Below, in pieces: positions 36,481-47,613 of a stretch of 64,000 bases of DNA (the first letter of the stretch is position 1; the number at the start of each line of letters is the position of its first letter). The stretch comes from Pirellulales bacterium (GTDB taxonomy: Bacteria; Planctomycetota; Planctomycetia; Pirellulales; PALSA-1355), in NCBI GenBank assembly GCA_963733035.1, contig CAVTBU010000007.1:32001-96000 (forward strand). The letters are read 5' to 3'. Made by a program: the position numbers and the translations under genes. The notes beneath the pieces were generated by a model. It worked only from the letters and a program-made list of their open reading frames with translations, ran no database searches and was not told the DNA's origin.

Positions 36481-36496
36481 CGGCACACCGTTTGCT
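36481..36496 (+). promoter_or_regulatory. Putative sigma-54 (-24/-12) promoter
   Basis: CGGCACA-CCGT-TTGCT against consensus YGGCACG-N4-TTGCW; second match TGGCAAG-CGCT-TTGCA at 36293-36308. Confidence 0.5.
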
Positions 36497-36548
36497 CTGC
36501 CTGTGAATCGCGGCGACGAAAGAACGATTCTCACGGAGAGGCACGGTC

Positions 36549-36755
36549 ATGGTGGTACTCGCAAAAACAGCGCGTCGACTTGCTTCTGGCGAGCAGGTTG
36601 CTCGACGCCAAGCCAGTATTCGTGCTCATTGGAGCCCCGGCGAACGCGAAGAACGGGCTCGACAGGCAGCGGCCCAAATGGGGCTGCTCTGGGCGTTGAT
36701 TCAGTCGGGAAACCCGTCTTCAAAATCGTCGGCATGCTTCCGTGCCCGTGAGTAA
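36549..36755 (+). CDS. Small hypothetical protein (68 aa)
   Basis: GGAGAG RBS; helical IRAHWSPGEREERARQ segment. Confidence 0.55.
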   Translation: MVVLAKTARRLASGEQVARRQASIRAHWSPGEREERARQAAAQMGLLWALIQSGNPSSKSSACFRARE

Positions 36756-36842
36756 CTTGTCACGGCAAAATGGAGGAGGGTTGTCGCGTTTGCAGTGAAG
36801 CAACCTTGCCGGACGAACGGCGTCTAGGATAGGAGTTTCATC

Positions 36843-37133
36843 ATGATCGTGCTGGCCGAGTTGTCGATGAGTCCGGGTGGCGTCTTGGCGTGGATTGGCA
36901 TTGGGTTGATGGCCGGCTGGCTCGCGGGGCTGGTGATGAGCGGGGGCGGATTGGGGATCATCGCCGATTTCGTTCTGGGTCTTGTCGGCGCGCTGGTGGG
37001 CGGCATCGTGGCCAGCTTCTTCGTCGTCGGTGATGCCGGCTTTTGGGCAAGCTTGCTGATTGCCTTTATCGGTGCGTGCGTGGTGATTGCAGTCGCGCGG
37101 ATTGTGTTGCCCGCCCGTCAAAGGCGCGTGTAG
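36843..37133 (+). CDS. GlsB/YeaQ/YmgE family (transglycosylase-associated) membrane protein
   Basis: WIGIGLMAGWLAGLVM..GIIADFVLGLVGALVGG; AGGAG RBS. Confidence 0.9.
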   Translation: MIVLAELSMSPGGVLAWIGIGLMAGWLAGLVMSGGGLGIIADFVLGLVGALVGGIVASFFVVGDAGFWASLLIAFIGACVVIAVARIVLPARQRRV

Positions 37134-37186
37134 CCGTCCTTCGAGGTATGCGGGCGGTGGGGGGTGGCCCGGCGCCGGGCAGTGCG

Positions 37187-38920
37187 TTAATATCCCGCCG
37201 CGTGACCGCTGATGCGTTCGTCCGCGGCGGCGATGATATTGCCGCTTCGCGGATCAATCCAAATGCTGTGGGCGTCTCCCTGACGGCGGGGTGCCGCTGA
37301 AAAATCGTGCCCCATCTCGCGGAGCCGCTTCACGCTGGCCGGGTGGTTTTCGGCAAGGCCTGCTTCGTAGCGGACTTCGTCCGGAAACCACCCGTGATGA
37401 ATCCGCGGCGCGTCGACAGCTTGCCGTACGTCCATTTCGAAATCCACCACGTTGATGACCAGACACAACACGGTATTGATGATCGTCCGCCCGCCCGGGC
37501 TGCCGGTTACCAGCAAGTTGCGGTCTCCGCGGCGAACCACGATGGGGCACATGGAACTGAGCATTCGCTTGCCGGGTGCCACTTCGTTTGGTGGCGTGCC
37601 GATCTGGCCGGCCGTGTTCGTCAGGCCCGGCACCCAATTGAAATCGTTCATTTCATCGTTCAGCAAGAACCCCCCTCCGCGCACCACGACGCGGCTCCCC
37701 CATGCGCTTTCCAGCGTGTAGGTGAGACTTACGGCCGTTCGATCGCGGTCGACGATCGACAAGTGCGTCGTGTGCTCGCTTTCCCGAGTGACTTTGATGT
37801 CGCCGGCAAGTGTCAAACTTGGCGTCGCCCGCAGCGGATTGATCGTGGCGGCCAACTCTCGTCCGTAGCTCCTGGTCAGGAGTTCGGGGGGAATCTCCGT
37901 CACGGCGGGGTCACCCAGGTAAGCCGCTCGGTCGCGAAACGCACGTCGCATGCTTTCGATCATCTGGTGGAGCGTCTCGGGCGACCAACGTCCTTGCATC
38001 TTGAGATCAAACTGCTCGAGGATGTTTAACTCCTCGACGAGCGTGGTGCCGCCGGAAGAGGAGGGCGGCACTGCCACAATTTCGTGTCCGCGATACTCGC
38101 TTCTGACTGGCTCGCGTTCCACGGGCCGGTAATCCGCCAGATCGGACTCGGAGATCAGTCCGCCGCCGCGTCGCATCTCCTCGGCGATCAGCGCTGCCAC
38201 GGGGCCGCGATAGAATCCGCTCGGGCCTTCGTCGGCGATGCGCTGCAACACGTTCGCGAATTCCGGCTGTGCTAGCCGGTCACCTTTGGTCCACGGAATG
38301 CCGTCGGGTCGCGCGAAGACTCGATGCAACTCCGCGAACTGGCCGCTGTCGGAGTCTGTCAAGATCCGGTTCAGCTCCTTGGCGAGTGCCTCGTCGAGTT
38401 GGAAGCCCTCGCGGGCAAGTTGCACGGCCGGCAGAACCAGGCCGCGCCAGGGCAGCCGACCAAGCCTTGCATGTGCCAGTGCCAGCCCGCGCACGGTGCC
38501 GGGCACGCCAACACGGAGATGCGGCGTGCGGTTGGCCGGATTGACAAACATGTCTGGGGTGGCCGCCGATGGGGCGACTTCGCGAAAATCAAATGCACTG
38601 CTGCCGGTTCCCGCCTGCGGCACGAAGAGCAGGTAGCCCCCGCCGCCGATGTTGCCGGCCGGGGGATAGGTGACCGCCAAGGCGAAGGCCGTAGCTACGG
38701 CCGCGTCGACGGCGTTGCCGCCGCGCTCGAGTGTTTGCAGTCCCACTTCGGCCGCCGGCTGGCTGACGCACACCACGGCGCCGTGTTGGCAATGGACCGT
38801 CGCATCGGCCATTGCTGTCGCAGATACCGACACGACAACCAGCGCGGCGATCGACCATGTGACACAGAGTCGGCGGAAATTCACGAGAAAGAACCTCAGG
38901 CAAGAAACAATGTCGGGCAT
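37187..38920 (-). CDS. ggt: Gamma-glutamyltransferase
   Basis: GGNAVDAAVATAFALAV, GNIGGGG, FDFRE, HTTHLS nucleophile, NDEMNDF, RMLSSM, GSPGG. Confidence 0.95.
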   Translation of the reverse strand: MPDIVSCLRFFLVNFRRLCVTWSIAALVVVSVSATAMADATVHCQHGAVVCVSQPAAEVGLQTLERGGNAVDAAVATAFALAVTYPPAGNIGGGGYLLFVPQAGTGSSAFDFREVAPSAATPDMFVNPANRTPHLRVGVPGTVRGLALAHARLGRLPWRGLVLPAVQLAREGFQLDEALAKELNRILTDSDSGQFAELHRVFARPDGIPWTKGDRLAQPEFANVLQRIADEGPSGFYRGPVAALIAEEMRRGGGLISESDLADYRPVEREPVRSEYRGHEIVAVPPSSSGGTTLVEELNILEQFDLKMQGRWSPETLHQMIESMRRAFRDRAAYLGDPAVTEIPPELLTRSYGRELAATINPLRATPSLTLAGDIKVTRESEHTTHLSIVDRDRTAVSLTYTLESAWGSRVVVRGGGFLLNDEMNDFNWVPGLTNTAGQIGTPPNEVAPGKRMLSSMCPIVVRRGDRNLLVTGSPGGRTIINTVLCLVINVVDFEMDVRQAVDAPRIHHGWFPDEVRYEAGLAENHPASVKRLREMGHDFSAAPRRQGDAHSIWIDPRSGNIIAAADERISGHAAGY

Positions 38921-39038
38921 CGGGCGCGGGCTCGTCCCAGCGACTGGTCAAGTTTACGCCGAATCACCCGCGATGCCCAACTGGCGGCACGACATTCTGC
39001 TGGTTGACGGGCGTCTTTGGCCGAAACAAAATGCCGAC

Positions 39039-40496
39039 ATGAAACATCTCCTTCTGGTTTGCACCATCGTCGTTGGATTCGCCGTCCCTTCGCTGGCCGC
39101 CGGGGCGCCACCGAATATTGTCATTATCTTCTGCGACGACCTGGGCTATGCGGACATCGGTCCGTTTGGCGCCCAGGGTTACAAAACGCCCAATCTCGAC
39201 CGGATGGCTCGCGAGGGAATTCGCTTCACGCGGTTCTACGTGGCCCAGGCGGTTTGCTCCGCGTCGCGGGCGGCGCTGTTGACCGGTTGCTATCCAAATC
39301 GGATCGGCATCAGCGGGGCGCTGGGGCCGCAGGCCAAGATCGGCATCAGCGACGAAGAGACGACGATTGCCGAAATCGTCAAGCAGCGCGACTACGCCAC
39401 GGCCATCTTCGGCAAGTGGCATCTCGGCCACCATCCACAGTTTCTACCGGTGCATCACGGCTTCGATGAATACTTCGGGCTGCCCTATTCAAACGACATG
39501 TGGCCCTATCACCCGGGCTTGTTGCATCTGAAGTCGGAGGAGCGTAAACGGCGATTTCCCGACCTGCCGATGATCGAAGGCGATCGGGTGGCGATGCCCG
39601 AGGTGACGGCCGAGGATCAAACGCACCTAACCACCTGGTACACCGAACGGGCAGTGAAGTTCATCGACCGCAGCAAGGATCAGCCGTTTTTGCTTTACCT
39701 GGCCCATAGCATGCCGCACGTTCCATTGTTCGTCAGCGATAAGTATGACGGAAAGACCAAGCGCGGGTTGTTTGGCGATGTGATTTCCGAAATCGATTGG
39801 TCCGTAGGCCAGGTGCTCGAAGCGCTAAGCCGCAACGGCCTCGACGAGCGGACACTGGTGATCTTTACGTCCGACAACGGTCCATGGCTCAGTTACGGCG
39901 ATCATTGCGGTTCGGCGGCGCCGCTGCGCGAAGGCAAGGGGACGGCCTGGGAAGGGGGCGTGCGCGAGCCGTTCGTCGCTCGCTGGCCGGGTAAGATTCC
40001 CGCCGGTGCCGTGTGCAAAGAACCCGTGATGACGATCGATTTGCTGCCAACGATTGCCGGCCTGGTTGGCGCGAAGCTCCCCGACCACAAGATCGACGGG
40101 CTCGATATCTGGCCGCTGCTCTCTGGCCAACAAGGAGCCAAGAGCCCGCACGAGAGCCTGTACTTCTACTATGCCGACAATCAACTTCAAGCGGTTTCGT
40201 CGGGTCAATATAAGCTGTATCTGCCCCATACGTACCGTACCCTCGCGGGTCGCCCCGGCGGCACGGGCGGTAAGCCGGTCGAATACGAACACCGTACGCT
40301 GAAAGCTCCGGAGCTTTACGACCTGGAGTCTGACATCAGCGAAACCACCGACATCGCGGACCAGCATCCGGATGTCGTCAAGCGTCTACTAGTCGTCGCC
40401 GAGGAGGCCCGTAGCGACTTGGGCGATACGCTTACCAAGCGAAAACCCACCGGTGCGCGGCCGGTTGGAAAGCTCCGAGCGGGTGCTGCCGAATAG
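39039..40496 (+). CDS. Formylglycine-dependent (aryl)sulfatase
   Basis: PNIVIIFCDDLG, CSASR, GKWHLG, SDNG, GKG..WEGG. Confidence 0.95.
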   Translation: MKHLLLVCTIVVGFAVPSLAAGAPPNIVIIFCDDLGYADIGPFGAQGYKTPNLDRMAREGIRFTRFYVAQAVCSASRAALLTGCYPNRIGISGALGPQAKIGISDEETTIAEIVKQRDYATAIFGKWHLGHHPQFLPVHHGFDEYFGLPYSNDMWPYHPGLLHLKSEERKRRFPDLPMIEGDRVAMPEVTAEDQTHLTTWYTERAVKFIDRSKDQPFLLYLAHSMPHVPLFVSDKYDGKTKRGLFGDVISEIDWSVGQVLEALSRNGLDERTLVIFTSDNGPWLSYGDHCGSAAPLREGKGTAWEGGVREPFVARWPGKIPAGAVCKEPVMTIDLLPTIAGLVGAKLPDHKIDGLDIWPLLSGQQGAKSPHESLYFYYADNQLQAVSSGQYKLYLPHTYRTLAGRPGGTGGKPVEYEHRTLKAPELYDLESDISETTDIADQHPDVVKRLLVVAEEARSDLGDTLTKRKPTGARPVGKLRAGAAE

Positions 40497-40612
40497 GGCG
40501 TCGCGGCAATTCTTTCAGTCGACCGGTTAGCGGCGGCACGGTCTCGCGGTTGTATTAGCGGGCGAACAGCAAGTGACGGTTCGCCGCATGCGACCAAGGG
40601 GAGGCTGGTGCC

Positions 40613-41580
40613 GTGTCTTCCGCAAAATCGAAAATTGTTTTGGCCGGCGGCGCCGGATTCTTGGGCCAGGTGCTCGCGCGATGGTTTGAGCCGCGTTACG
40701 ACGTCGTCGTGCTCACGCGTCGGCCGAAGACGTTCGCCGGTCTGGGGCGGGCCGTCAATTGGGACGGCCGCGCGCTTGGTCCTTGGATCGCAGAACTTGA
40801 CGGAACGCTGGCGCTGGTCAATCTCGCCGGCCGTAGCGTCAACTGCCGTTATCACGCCCGCAATCGCGCCCTGATGATGAATTCGCGGATCGAATCGACT
40901 CGCGTGCTCGGGCGGGCGGTTGCGGCCTGCATCGAACCGCCGCGCGTCTGGCTCAATTCCAGCACGGCCACAATCTACAAGCATTCGTTCGATCGGCCGA
41001 TGGACGAGGCCAGCGGCATCATCGCTGGCACGCCGGAAGTGAACGACGAATTCTCCATCGAAATTGCGCAGGCTTGGGAACGCGAGTTCGACCAAGTTTG
41101 CGCGGAGCACACTCGCAAAGTTGCCCTCCGCACGGCGATGGTCTTTAGCAACGCACCCGGCACGGTCTATCGCGTGTTGAGACGGCTGGTGCGACTGGGA
41201 CTCGGTGGGGCGATGGGAGACGGCCGGCAGTACGTCTCCTGGCTTCACGAGGTTGACTTTTGTCGTGCCGTTGAATGGCTTATCGAAACTGACGATTTCA
41301 CCGGGCCGGTGAACCTGGCCGCGCCGCGCCCGCTGACCAATCGTGCGATGATGCATGTTATTCGGCACGCTTGCCATAGGCCGTTCGGACTGCCGGCCAC
41401 GCGGCGCATGCTGGAGTTGGGAGCGTTCTTCCTGCGGACCGAAACCGAGCTCATCCTCAAAAGCCGTCGCGTTGTGCCACGGAGGCTTCTCGAGGCCGGC
41501 TTTCAGTTTCGCTTTGAAACCTTGTCGCAAGCCGTGGCCGAACTAGAAAAACGCCGCGGCATTGCGCCCGTCGGGCATGA
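40613..41580 (+). CDS. TIGR01777/YfcH-like NAD-dependent epimerase (end uncertain)
   Basis: LAGGAGFLG, VNLAGRSV, SRIESTRVL, RTETELILKSRRVVP. The ORF runs on into the next gene, probably because of an indel. Confidence 0.85.
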
Positions 41581-41711
41581 GAGCGGATCAAGAGCCAGCT
41601 CGCATGCAGGCCACGTGAATCCGTCGGATGCGAAAGCACTTGCCTCGGGGGCGATGCTCGGCGAGACTATCGGCGAGCCATCCACTTCGTTCGCTTCTTG
41701 CAGACGGCACA

Positions 41712-42197
41712 ATGGACTACCCCGCGGAACAAGTCGCCGACGTCATCATTCGCCTGGGCTTCACGCACGTGGTCTGGCTTCCCGACTCGGCGCTGGGACC
41801 TTGGGAACTTGCTCTCGATCAGCCGGGTATGCTGGAACTGATTCGCGTCTGCCGCGAAGGGGAAGCCTGGGCCGTCGCGGCCGGGCTGCATCTGGGTGGC
41901 TGCCGACCGCTGGTGATGATTCAGAACACGGGCCTGTTCGAGTCGGGCGACGCGATGCGGAACGTGCTGTTCGACCTGGGCCTGCCGCTGGCCGCGGTCG
42001 TCGGCTACCGGAGCGCGCTGGTCGCCGGCTCGACCGACTCGGCCAGACGGTTCAGCGAACCGATTCTAAAAGCCTGGGGGCTCGACTACATCGTCGTCGC
42101 GCATCCGCGCGATTGGCCCTTGATGGCCGAACACCTTGACAAGTGCCGATTGGACGGTCGGCCCGGTGTTGTGCTCGTGGCGGAGGGACGCATGTGA
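41712..42197 (+). CDS. ComD-like TPP enzyme pyrimidine-binding subunit (sulfo/phosphonopyruvate decarboxylase alpha-like)
   Basis: WLPDS, VCREGEAWAVAAGLHLGG, MIQNTGL. Confidence 0.8.
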   Translation: MDYPAEQVADVIIRLGFTHVVWLPDSALGPWELALDQPGMLELIRVCREGEAWAVAAGLHLGGCRPLVMIQNTGLFESGDAMRNVLFDLGLPLAAVVGYRSALVAGSTDSARRFSEPILKAWGLDYIVVAHPRDWPLMAEHLDKCRLDGRPGVVLVAEGRM

Positions 42198-42799
42198 TGA
42201 GTCAGGCAATTTGCAAACACATGCCGCTGGTGCCGGCGCTAGAGGTGCTGCTGAAGTTCCGACAGAAGGAAATCGTTGTAACCACCATGGGCGCGGCCCG
42301 CGAGTGGCCTCGGTTGTCGCAGCACCCGCTCGATTTTCACTACATCCCCTCGGCGATGGGCGAGGCGCCGGCGCTGGGCATGGGGCTGGCGCTGGCGAAG
42401 CCCGAGCGAGAAGTCGTCGTGCTCAACGGCGACGGTTGCATGCTGATGAACCTTGGTTCGCTGGTGACGATCGTTGCCAGTGGCGCCCGGAACATCACGC
42501 TCGTAGTTTTGGAAAACGGCATTTACGAAGTCACCGGTGGTCAACAAACCGCGGCGTCCACGGTGAAACACGCAACCGTGGACTTCGCCGCCATGGCCCG
42601 CGCCGCCGGCTTTGCCAGCGTATCGCGTTTTGACACACTTGACGCTTGGCAGAGCGAAGCCGAGACCGTTTGTCGCAAGGCCGGGCCGCGCTTCATCGTG
42701 CTGGCCACCGAACCGGTCGGAGCCGCCTATCATCTCGAATCGCCCGGTCCGATGGCCGAGCGGCTGGCCCGGTTTCAGCAAGCGCTTGCTGCGAGTTGA
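42197..42799 (+). CDS. ComE-like TPP-binding subunit
   Basis: SAMG..GMGLALA, NGDGCMLMNLGSL..ENGIYEVTGGQ; TGATG coupling with the previous gene. Confidence 0.85.
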   Translation: MSQAICKHMPLVPALEVLLKFRQKEIVVTTMGAAREWPRLSQHPLDFHYIPSAMGEAPALGMGLALAKPEREVVVLNGDGCMLMNLGSLVTIVASGARNITLVVLENGIYEVTGGQQTAASTVKHATVDFAAMARAAGFASVSRFDTLDAWQSEAETVCRKAGPRFIVLATEPVGAAYHLESPGPMAERLARFQQALAAS

Positions 42800-42814
42800 C
42801 CACACGAATCGATC

Positions 42815-44218
42815 TTAAGGGCTTTCGTCTTCTGGTAGTCCTCGAAGAGGCGATTGCGCGAGTTCCTCGACGATCGCTTGCCATTGTTTTGTCTCATGGG
42901 AAGTCCAACCCGGTGCCTTGGGAGCTTCGTCTTCCAGCGCGATTTTAATCTCGCGATTCGAGGTGATCAGGCCATGAAGCTGGCTGGCACGAGTTGGGTT
43001 CCAGCTCAGGTTATCTTTTGTGATTCGGATCTTGTAATCGGGATAGCGTGCTCCAGGAGGCCGCTGCCAAACGTAGAGATTCACAAGCTCTGGCGGCAGA
43101 CACTTAAACTCAAAATATCCGTCCGCTCGTGCCGGCATCTCGATCTGATCGCGCGTCATCGCGCGTGTGATGCACACCCGCGTGTGCTCTGGCAACGCCG
43201 CTCCACCCTTCAATTTCAGCCATCCGCAAAGTCCAAAACCCGGTTTCGCATGAAGGTCACCCAGGTCGATTTCGTCGCCATCGCCGCCCCGCAGTGGCAC
43301 GGCCGTCAACACCCCTTGATCTCCAAGGCTTTTCATGTATCCGAACACGCAGAGGTCCTCGTCAGGCGTCAAGGTTGCCAGCATGAATCGCCCCTCTTCG
43401 TCAGTCGTGGTATCCCACGGTCCAAACCAGCAGCCGGAATGATGCTTCGTCCAGATTGCTCCGACGTCGATACCAGCGGCTGGTTCGCCGTCCAGGATCA
43501 CACGTCCGCGTACGCCAACACCTTTGACGAGTTGCAGTTCCTGGTCGGAGACTCCCGTCGGCACGTTCATGAAAAACTGCCGCACCGTTCGGCGCGCGGC
43601 GACTTCCAGGTGCATCGCTGAAAGGTACTTCGTGCTGCTGATCGAAAAGCGGCCATCGCGATCGGCGACCGTCGACTCCGCCACGTTGTCCATCGGCCCT
43701 TCGAGGCCAGTGTCGCCCTGTCTGTAGCCACGCGGTACGACGATCGCACCAGCCGCCGGAGAGCCGTCGGGAAGCAGCACCTGCCCACGAACGTCGTTCG
43801 CCGTCGAGCGGACGAACTTGAGCTTGCTCGGCACAAGAGTGACTTCGACTGGCCTTTTTTCGGGAATCACGTCTTCTATCAGCGCCCGCTTCAATCCGGC
43901 AGCTGCGACAACCACCGTGAAGCTGACGTTGCCGGCCAGGTCAGCAATCGTGAATCGGCCGTCAGCGTCGGTGAAAGTGTGTTTTAGGCAGTCGGAGTGA
44001 CTGTATCGCGAGAGCAACGGTTCGCCCTCACGCGGCGCGACCGCCGCAATCAGCACGCCGGCACCGGAGATCGGCTTTGCATCTGGGCCGATAACCCGGC
44101 CGGCGAGGGTAACAGACGTAGAGCTGTCGGCGCTCGCGATATGAGCAACCTCCGCGACAAGAGAAGCCGCCGCCATCACCAGAGCCGCGCGGCGCAGAAA
44201 AGAATGATCAAACATCAC
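42815..44218 (-). CDS. Secreted protein with repeated carboxypeptidase-regulatory-like beta-sandwich domains
   Basis: Repeats GRVIGPD..TDADGRF, GQVLLPDG..ADRDGRF, GRVILDG..TDEEGRF. Confidence 0.8.
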   Translation of the reverse strand: MMFDHSFLRRAALVMAAASLVAEVAHIASADSSTSVTLAGRVIGPDAKPISGAGVLIAAVAPREGEPLLSRYSHSDCLKHTFTDADGRFTIADLAGNVSFTVVVAAAGLKRALIEDVIPEKRPVEVTLVPSKLKFVRSTANDVRGQVLLPDGSPAAGAIVVPRGYRQGDTGLEGPMDNVAESTVADRDGRFSISSTKYLSAMHLEVAARRTVRQFFMNVPTGVSDQELQLVKGVGVRGRVILDGEPAAGIDVGAIWTKHHSGCWFGPWDTTTDEEGRFMLATLTPDEDLCVFGYMKSLGDQGVLTAVPLRGGDGDEIDLGDLHAKPGFGLCGWLKLKGGAALPEHTRVCITRAMTRDQIEMPARADGYFEFKCLPPELVNLYVWQRPPGARYPDYKIRITKDNLSWNPTRASQLHGLITSNREIKIALEDEAPKAPGWTSHETKQWQAIVEELAQSPLRGLPEDESP

Positions 44219-44431
44219 TCACCTCACTGTTCTGGAATTGAGGTTGACTGAAGGGTAGCGTACCCGCGCCGGGCGGGGGCTGCGAGAAGAACCTGCTAGC
44301 GGCCCTCATCCACCGCTGGGCAAGACCCGGCCATCACTCGGATTGACCAAATTTGCCGAACGTGTCAGGTTGTGCACTTCTGATCGGGCGCAACACGCCT
44401 CGGATGGTTTGGCTGTAAGGAGTACGGTGCC

Positions 44432-46440
44432 ATGAGTTACGTGCTGATCGCCTTGACTGTCGGCCTGGCCGCCCAGGCTCCAGGGGCCTCGCATGACGGG
44501 CAGCCATTCAAGCCAGGACGCCGCGCGGCGCCAGCCGCCGCCGCGCCGGCCGACTGGGGCGAGTTTGGAAGCAGTCCTCAACCTGCTCAGAAGCCCGCCA
44601 CCCAGCCTGGCTTTCCGGACCATTCCGCAGCAGAACCGACTCCCCCGGTGGACCGCTATCGCGGAAACGACGAATCGACCGAGCGGCTCGAGACAATTGG
44701 TGCTCAGCCACGGCAACGACTTCGTCCGCCAGAGCTGATCGCCGAGGCACTGGAGAACCCTCACCAGTCCGCCCTCACCGGCACGCCGCTGACGCTCTCG
44801 CAAGCCTTGGCGAAGATGAGCGACCGCAACCAGCAACTCGCTGTCACCAAGGCCTATTGGCAACTTGCCGCCGCACAAGCCAGCTACCACTGGGCGCTCG
44901 AACAACGTGATTTGCTCCGCGATCAGACTCACTCGCATACCAACCACCCCGGCACGCTTGGCGCCCGAGCGGCCGCGCGGGCCGACGTTCGCGACGCGCA
45001 GCTGGCGGTGGAACAAGCGCAAGTCGAGCTGACGAACCTGATTGGCCCCTCGGATAACCGTACCGCGATCCTAACGACCGATCGCCCACATGTGGGCGAC
45101 TACCGGACAAACTACGAAAGTATTTTTGGCAACCGTCCGGCACCGCCCCGGATCCGCCTGGTGACGCGTACGCTTCCGGTCCGCCGCAAGGCAATCGATG
45201 CCCATGCCGAAGCAATCGTCGCGGCGCTCGACGCCGTGGAAGCGACCGGTGAACAGTTCCGCACCACGGGACAGGGGTTGCCCACGTTGCTCGACGCCCT
45301 GGCAATGCTCAAGCAAGAGCGCGAGGCGTTCATTGCCGAAGTGCGTGAGTACAATCTCGACATTGCCGACTACGCGTTCGCGGTCGCACCCGCCGGTGCG
45401 GCCGGGCGCACGCTGGTTTCGATGCTCATTCGCACGTCGGTTCCCACGACGGCGTCCGATCCGAACCGAGCCGCCGACCCGACCGAGCCGGCGCTGCGCA
45501 AGACGTTTCGCAGAAGTTTGCCCTCTGTCGGTGACGGTGCTCGACACTCGTCCACCGATGCCGACGCATGGACGGCTTATTACCAACAACGGGGCGCGAC
45601 GGCCGTCGATACGCGCGGTTGGTATGAAGGACTGTTGGACGTCGCCAGTCCGCCGGTTCGCGTGCAAAAGTTGGGCAACCTGCTGCATTGGGACCGCAAC
45701 TTGTCGACCGATTCCGGCCAACCGGTCGCGTTGGCCGATTGCCTGCGCAATGCGCCAGTGCAAAACCGGATGGCGGTGATCGCGGCGTTCTGGCGAGCCC
45801 GAGAGAAAGCGGCAACCGTGCAGCTCTTTCAAGACGAACAAGAGCAACTCAACGCGCTGCAATCGATTGCGGTGCCGCGCCCTGGATTTCCCTTCACGCC
45901 TGAGCCGGGCGTACGGTTGCAAGCCGCGCGCGCGCCGCGCGAGCCGCCGTACTGGATGCGCAAATCGAGTTGTACGCGGCGCAAGCCGAATTGATGCAAG
46001 CGCTGGGGCGGCCGCTCGACGGAGCTTGGATCTTGCCCGCCACGCCCCCGCAAGCCGGCCGCTACATGGTTTCCATTCGCGCCCGGCGGGGACACTCGGA
46101 GGCCACCAAGGTGGCCGAGCGGCTGGCGCTGGAATACGACAAGCTGCAGCATCGCGCGGATGCCGTGATGCAGTGCGACGCCCACCGGGCGGAGTTAGTG
46201 CGGCTGGCAAGCCAAAATGATGCCGTGCACGACACGGCCGACAACCGCATGTCTCCGCTCGATCGCGTGCTATGGGCCGTGAATCGGCAAAACCAGCAGA
46301 CACGGGGCTTTCTGAGCGATCTTACCGAGTACAATAGGGCGATCGCCCGATACGCGCTGATGACGCTTCCGGCCGGCGTGCCGGGCGATCAACTGGCGCG
46401 CAAGTTGGCGATCAACCGAAGTACGGTGCGGGATTCTTAA
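44432..46440 (+). CDS. Secreted all-helical protein with an internal duplication; frameshift near 45935
   Basis: Signal peptide; two similar modules (G.PLTLSQAL..AYWQL / GQPVALADCL..AFWRA; EYNLDIADYA / EYNRAIARYA). Confidence 0.7.
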
Positions 46441-46445
46441 ATCGC

Positions 46446-47517
46446 GTGAAAGTTCCTCGTTCGGCATGGCATAGCTCGGCAGGCAACCTTTCGACGGTGG
46501 ATGCGCTTCCGCCGGCGCCCCAGGTCGGTCCACTACGGATCGGTCCCGTGGTGATCGACCCGCCCGTGCTGCAAGCGCCGATGGCCGGCTTTACCAACTT
46601 CGCCTATCGGCAAATTGTCCGCGAGTTTGGCGGAGCGGGCCTGCAAGCCACGGAAATGGTGCACGCCAAGGGTTTCCTGTGGCTCGAAAAGGAAGAGGAC
46701 GAACTGCCCGACCGCCTCTGGGGCGTGGCCGACGAACCGCGGCCGCTGGCCGTGCAGATTTGGGATAATGACCCGGCCACGCTGGCCGAAGTCGGCGCCA
46801 AGCTGGCCCATGAGTTTCGGGTTAGTGTGGTCGACATCAATTTCGGTTGTCCGGTGAAGCAGGTGACCGAACGCGCCCACAGTGGTTCGTACCTGCTGCG
46901 TTGTCCCGACAGGGTAGGCGCGATCGTCGAATGCGTTGTCAAAGCTTGCGCCGACGCCCGTGACGGCGAAGATTCGCCTGGGTTGCACGCGCAATTCGAT
47001 CAACGCCATTGAAGTGGCCCAGGTCGTCGAACAGGCCGGCGCCGCGGCGCTCACCGTTCACGGCCGCACGGCACAGGATTTCTTTTCCGGCTCGGCCGAT
47101 TGGGAGCGGATAAGCGAGATCAAACCCCACCTCAAACGGATTCCTCTCATAGGCAACGGCGACCTGGCTTCGCCCGAGGCCGTGTTGGCCGCTTTTGCCC
47201 AATACGACGTCGACGGTGTGATGATCGCCCGGGCCGCGCTCAACAAGCCGTGGCTGTTTCGCCAGGTGAAGGCGGCGCTGGCCGGCGAACCGATTCCTCC
47301 GGATCCCACGCTGGCGGAAGAGCGGGCCCTGTTGATGCGGCACTACGACCTGGTGTGCGATCGGTTTGGAAGCGTCAAGGGGACGATTCTGATGCGGAAA
47401 TACGCCTGCTGCTATGCCCAGGGGCGCAGTGGTGCACGCGAGTTTCGCACACAGGTGTCGAAGGTTTCGACGCCGGCCGAATTCTACGCGATCGTGGAAC
47501 AGTATTTTCCGCGCTAG
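46446..47517 (+). CDS. dusB: tRNA-dihydrouridine synthase (DusB-like); frameshift near 46950
   Basis: QAPMAG, DINFGCP, VTAKIRLG, TVHGRT, IGNGD, DGVMIAR. Confidence 0.9.
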
Positions 47518-47613
47518 GAGCGGCGACGACCGCAGTGCAATCCAGAACGAAATGAGCCACGCGTCGGAACGGCCGCTCGTGGCTCTGATTATTTTTCGGT
47601 TTCTCGGGCAGCG

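Noticed and set aside
36800..36826. ECF-sigma promoter (AAC-N16-CGTC) upstream of the GlsB-family gene
   Set aside because: Plausible but too short a match to support without TSS data
40613..42139. 508-aa epimerase overlapping the ComD-like gene by ~430 bp
   Set aside because: The tail is out-of-frame Arg/Gly-rich sequence; a lost stop near 41580 is more likely
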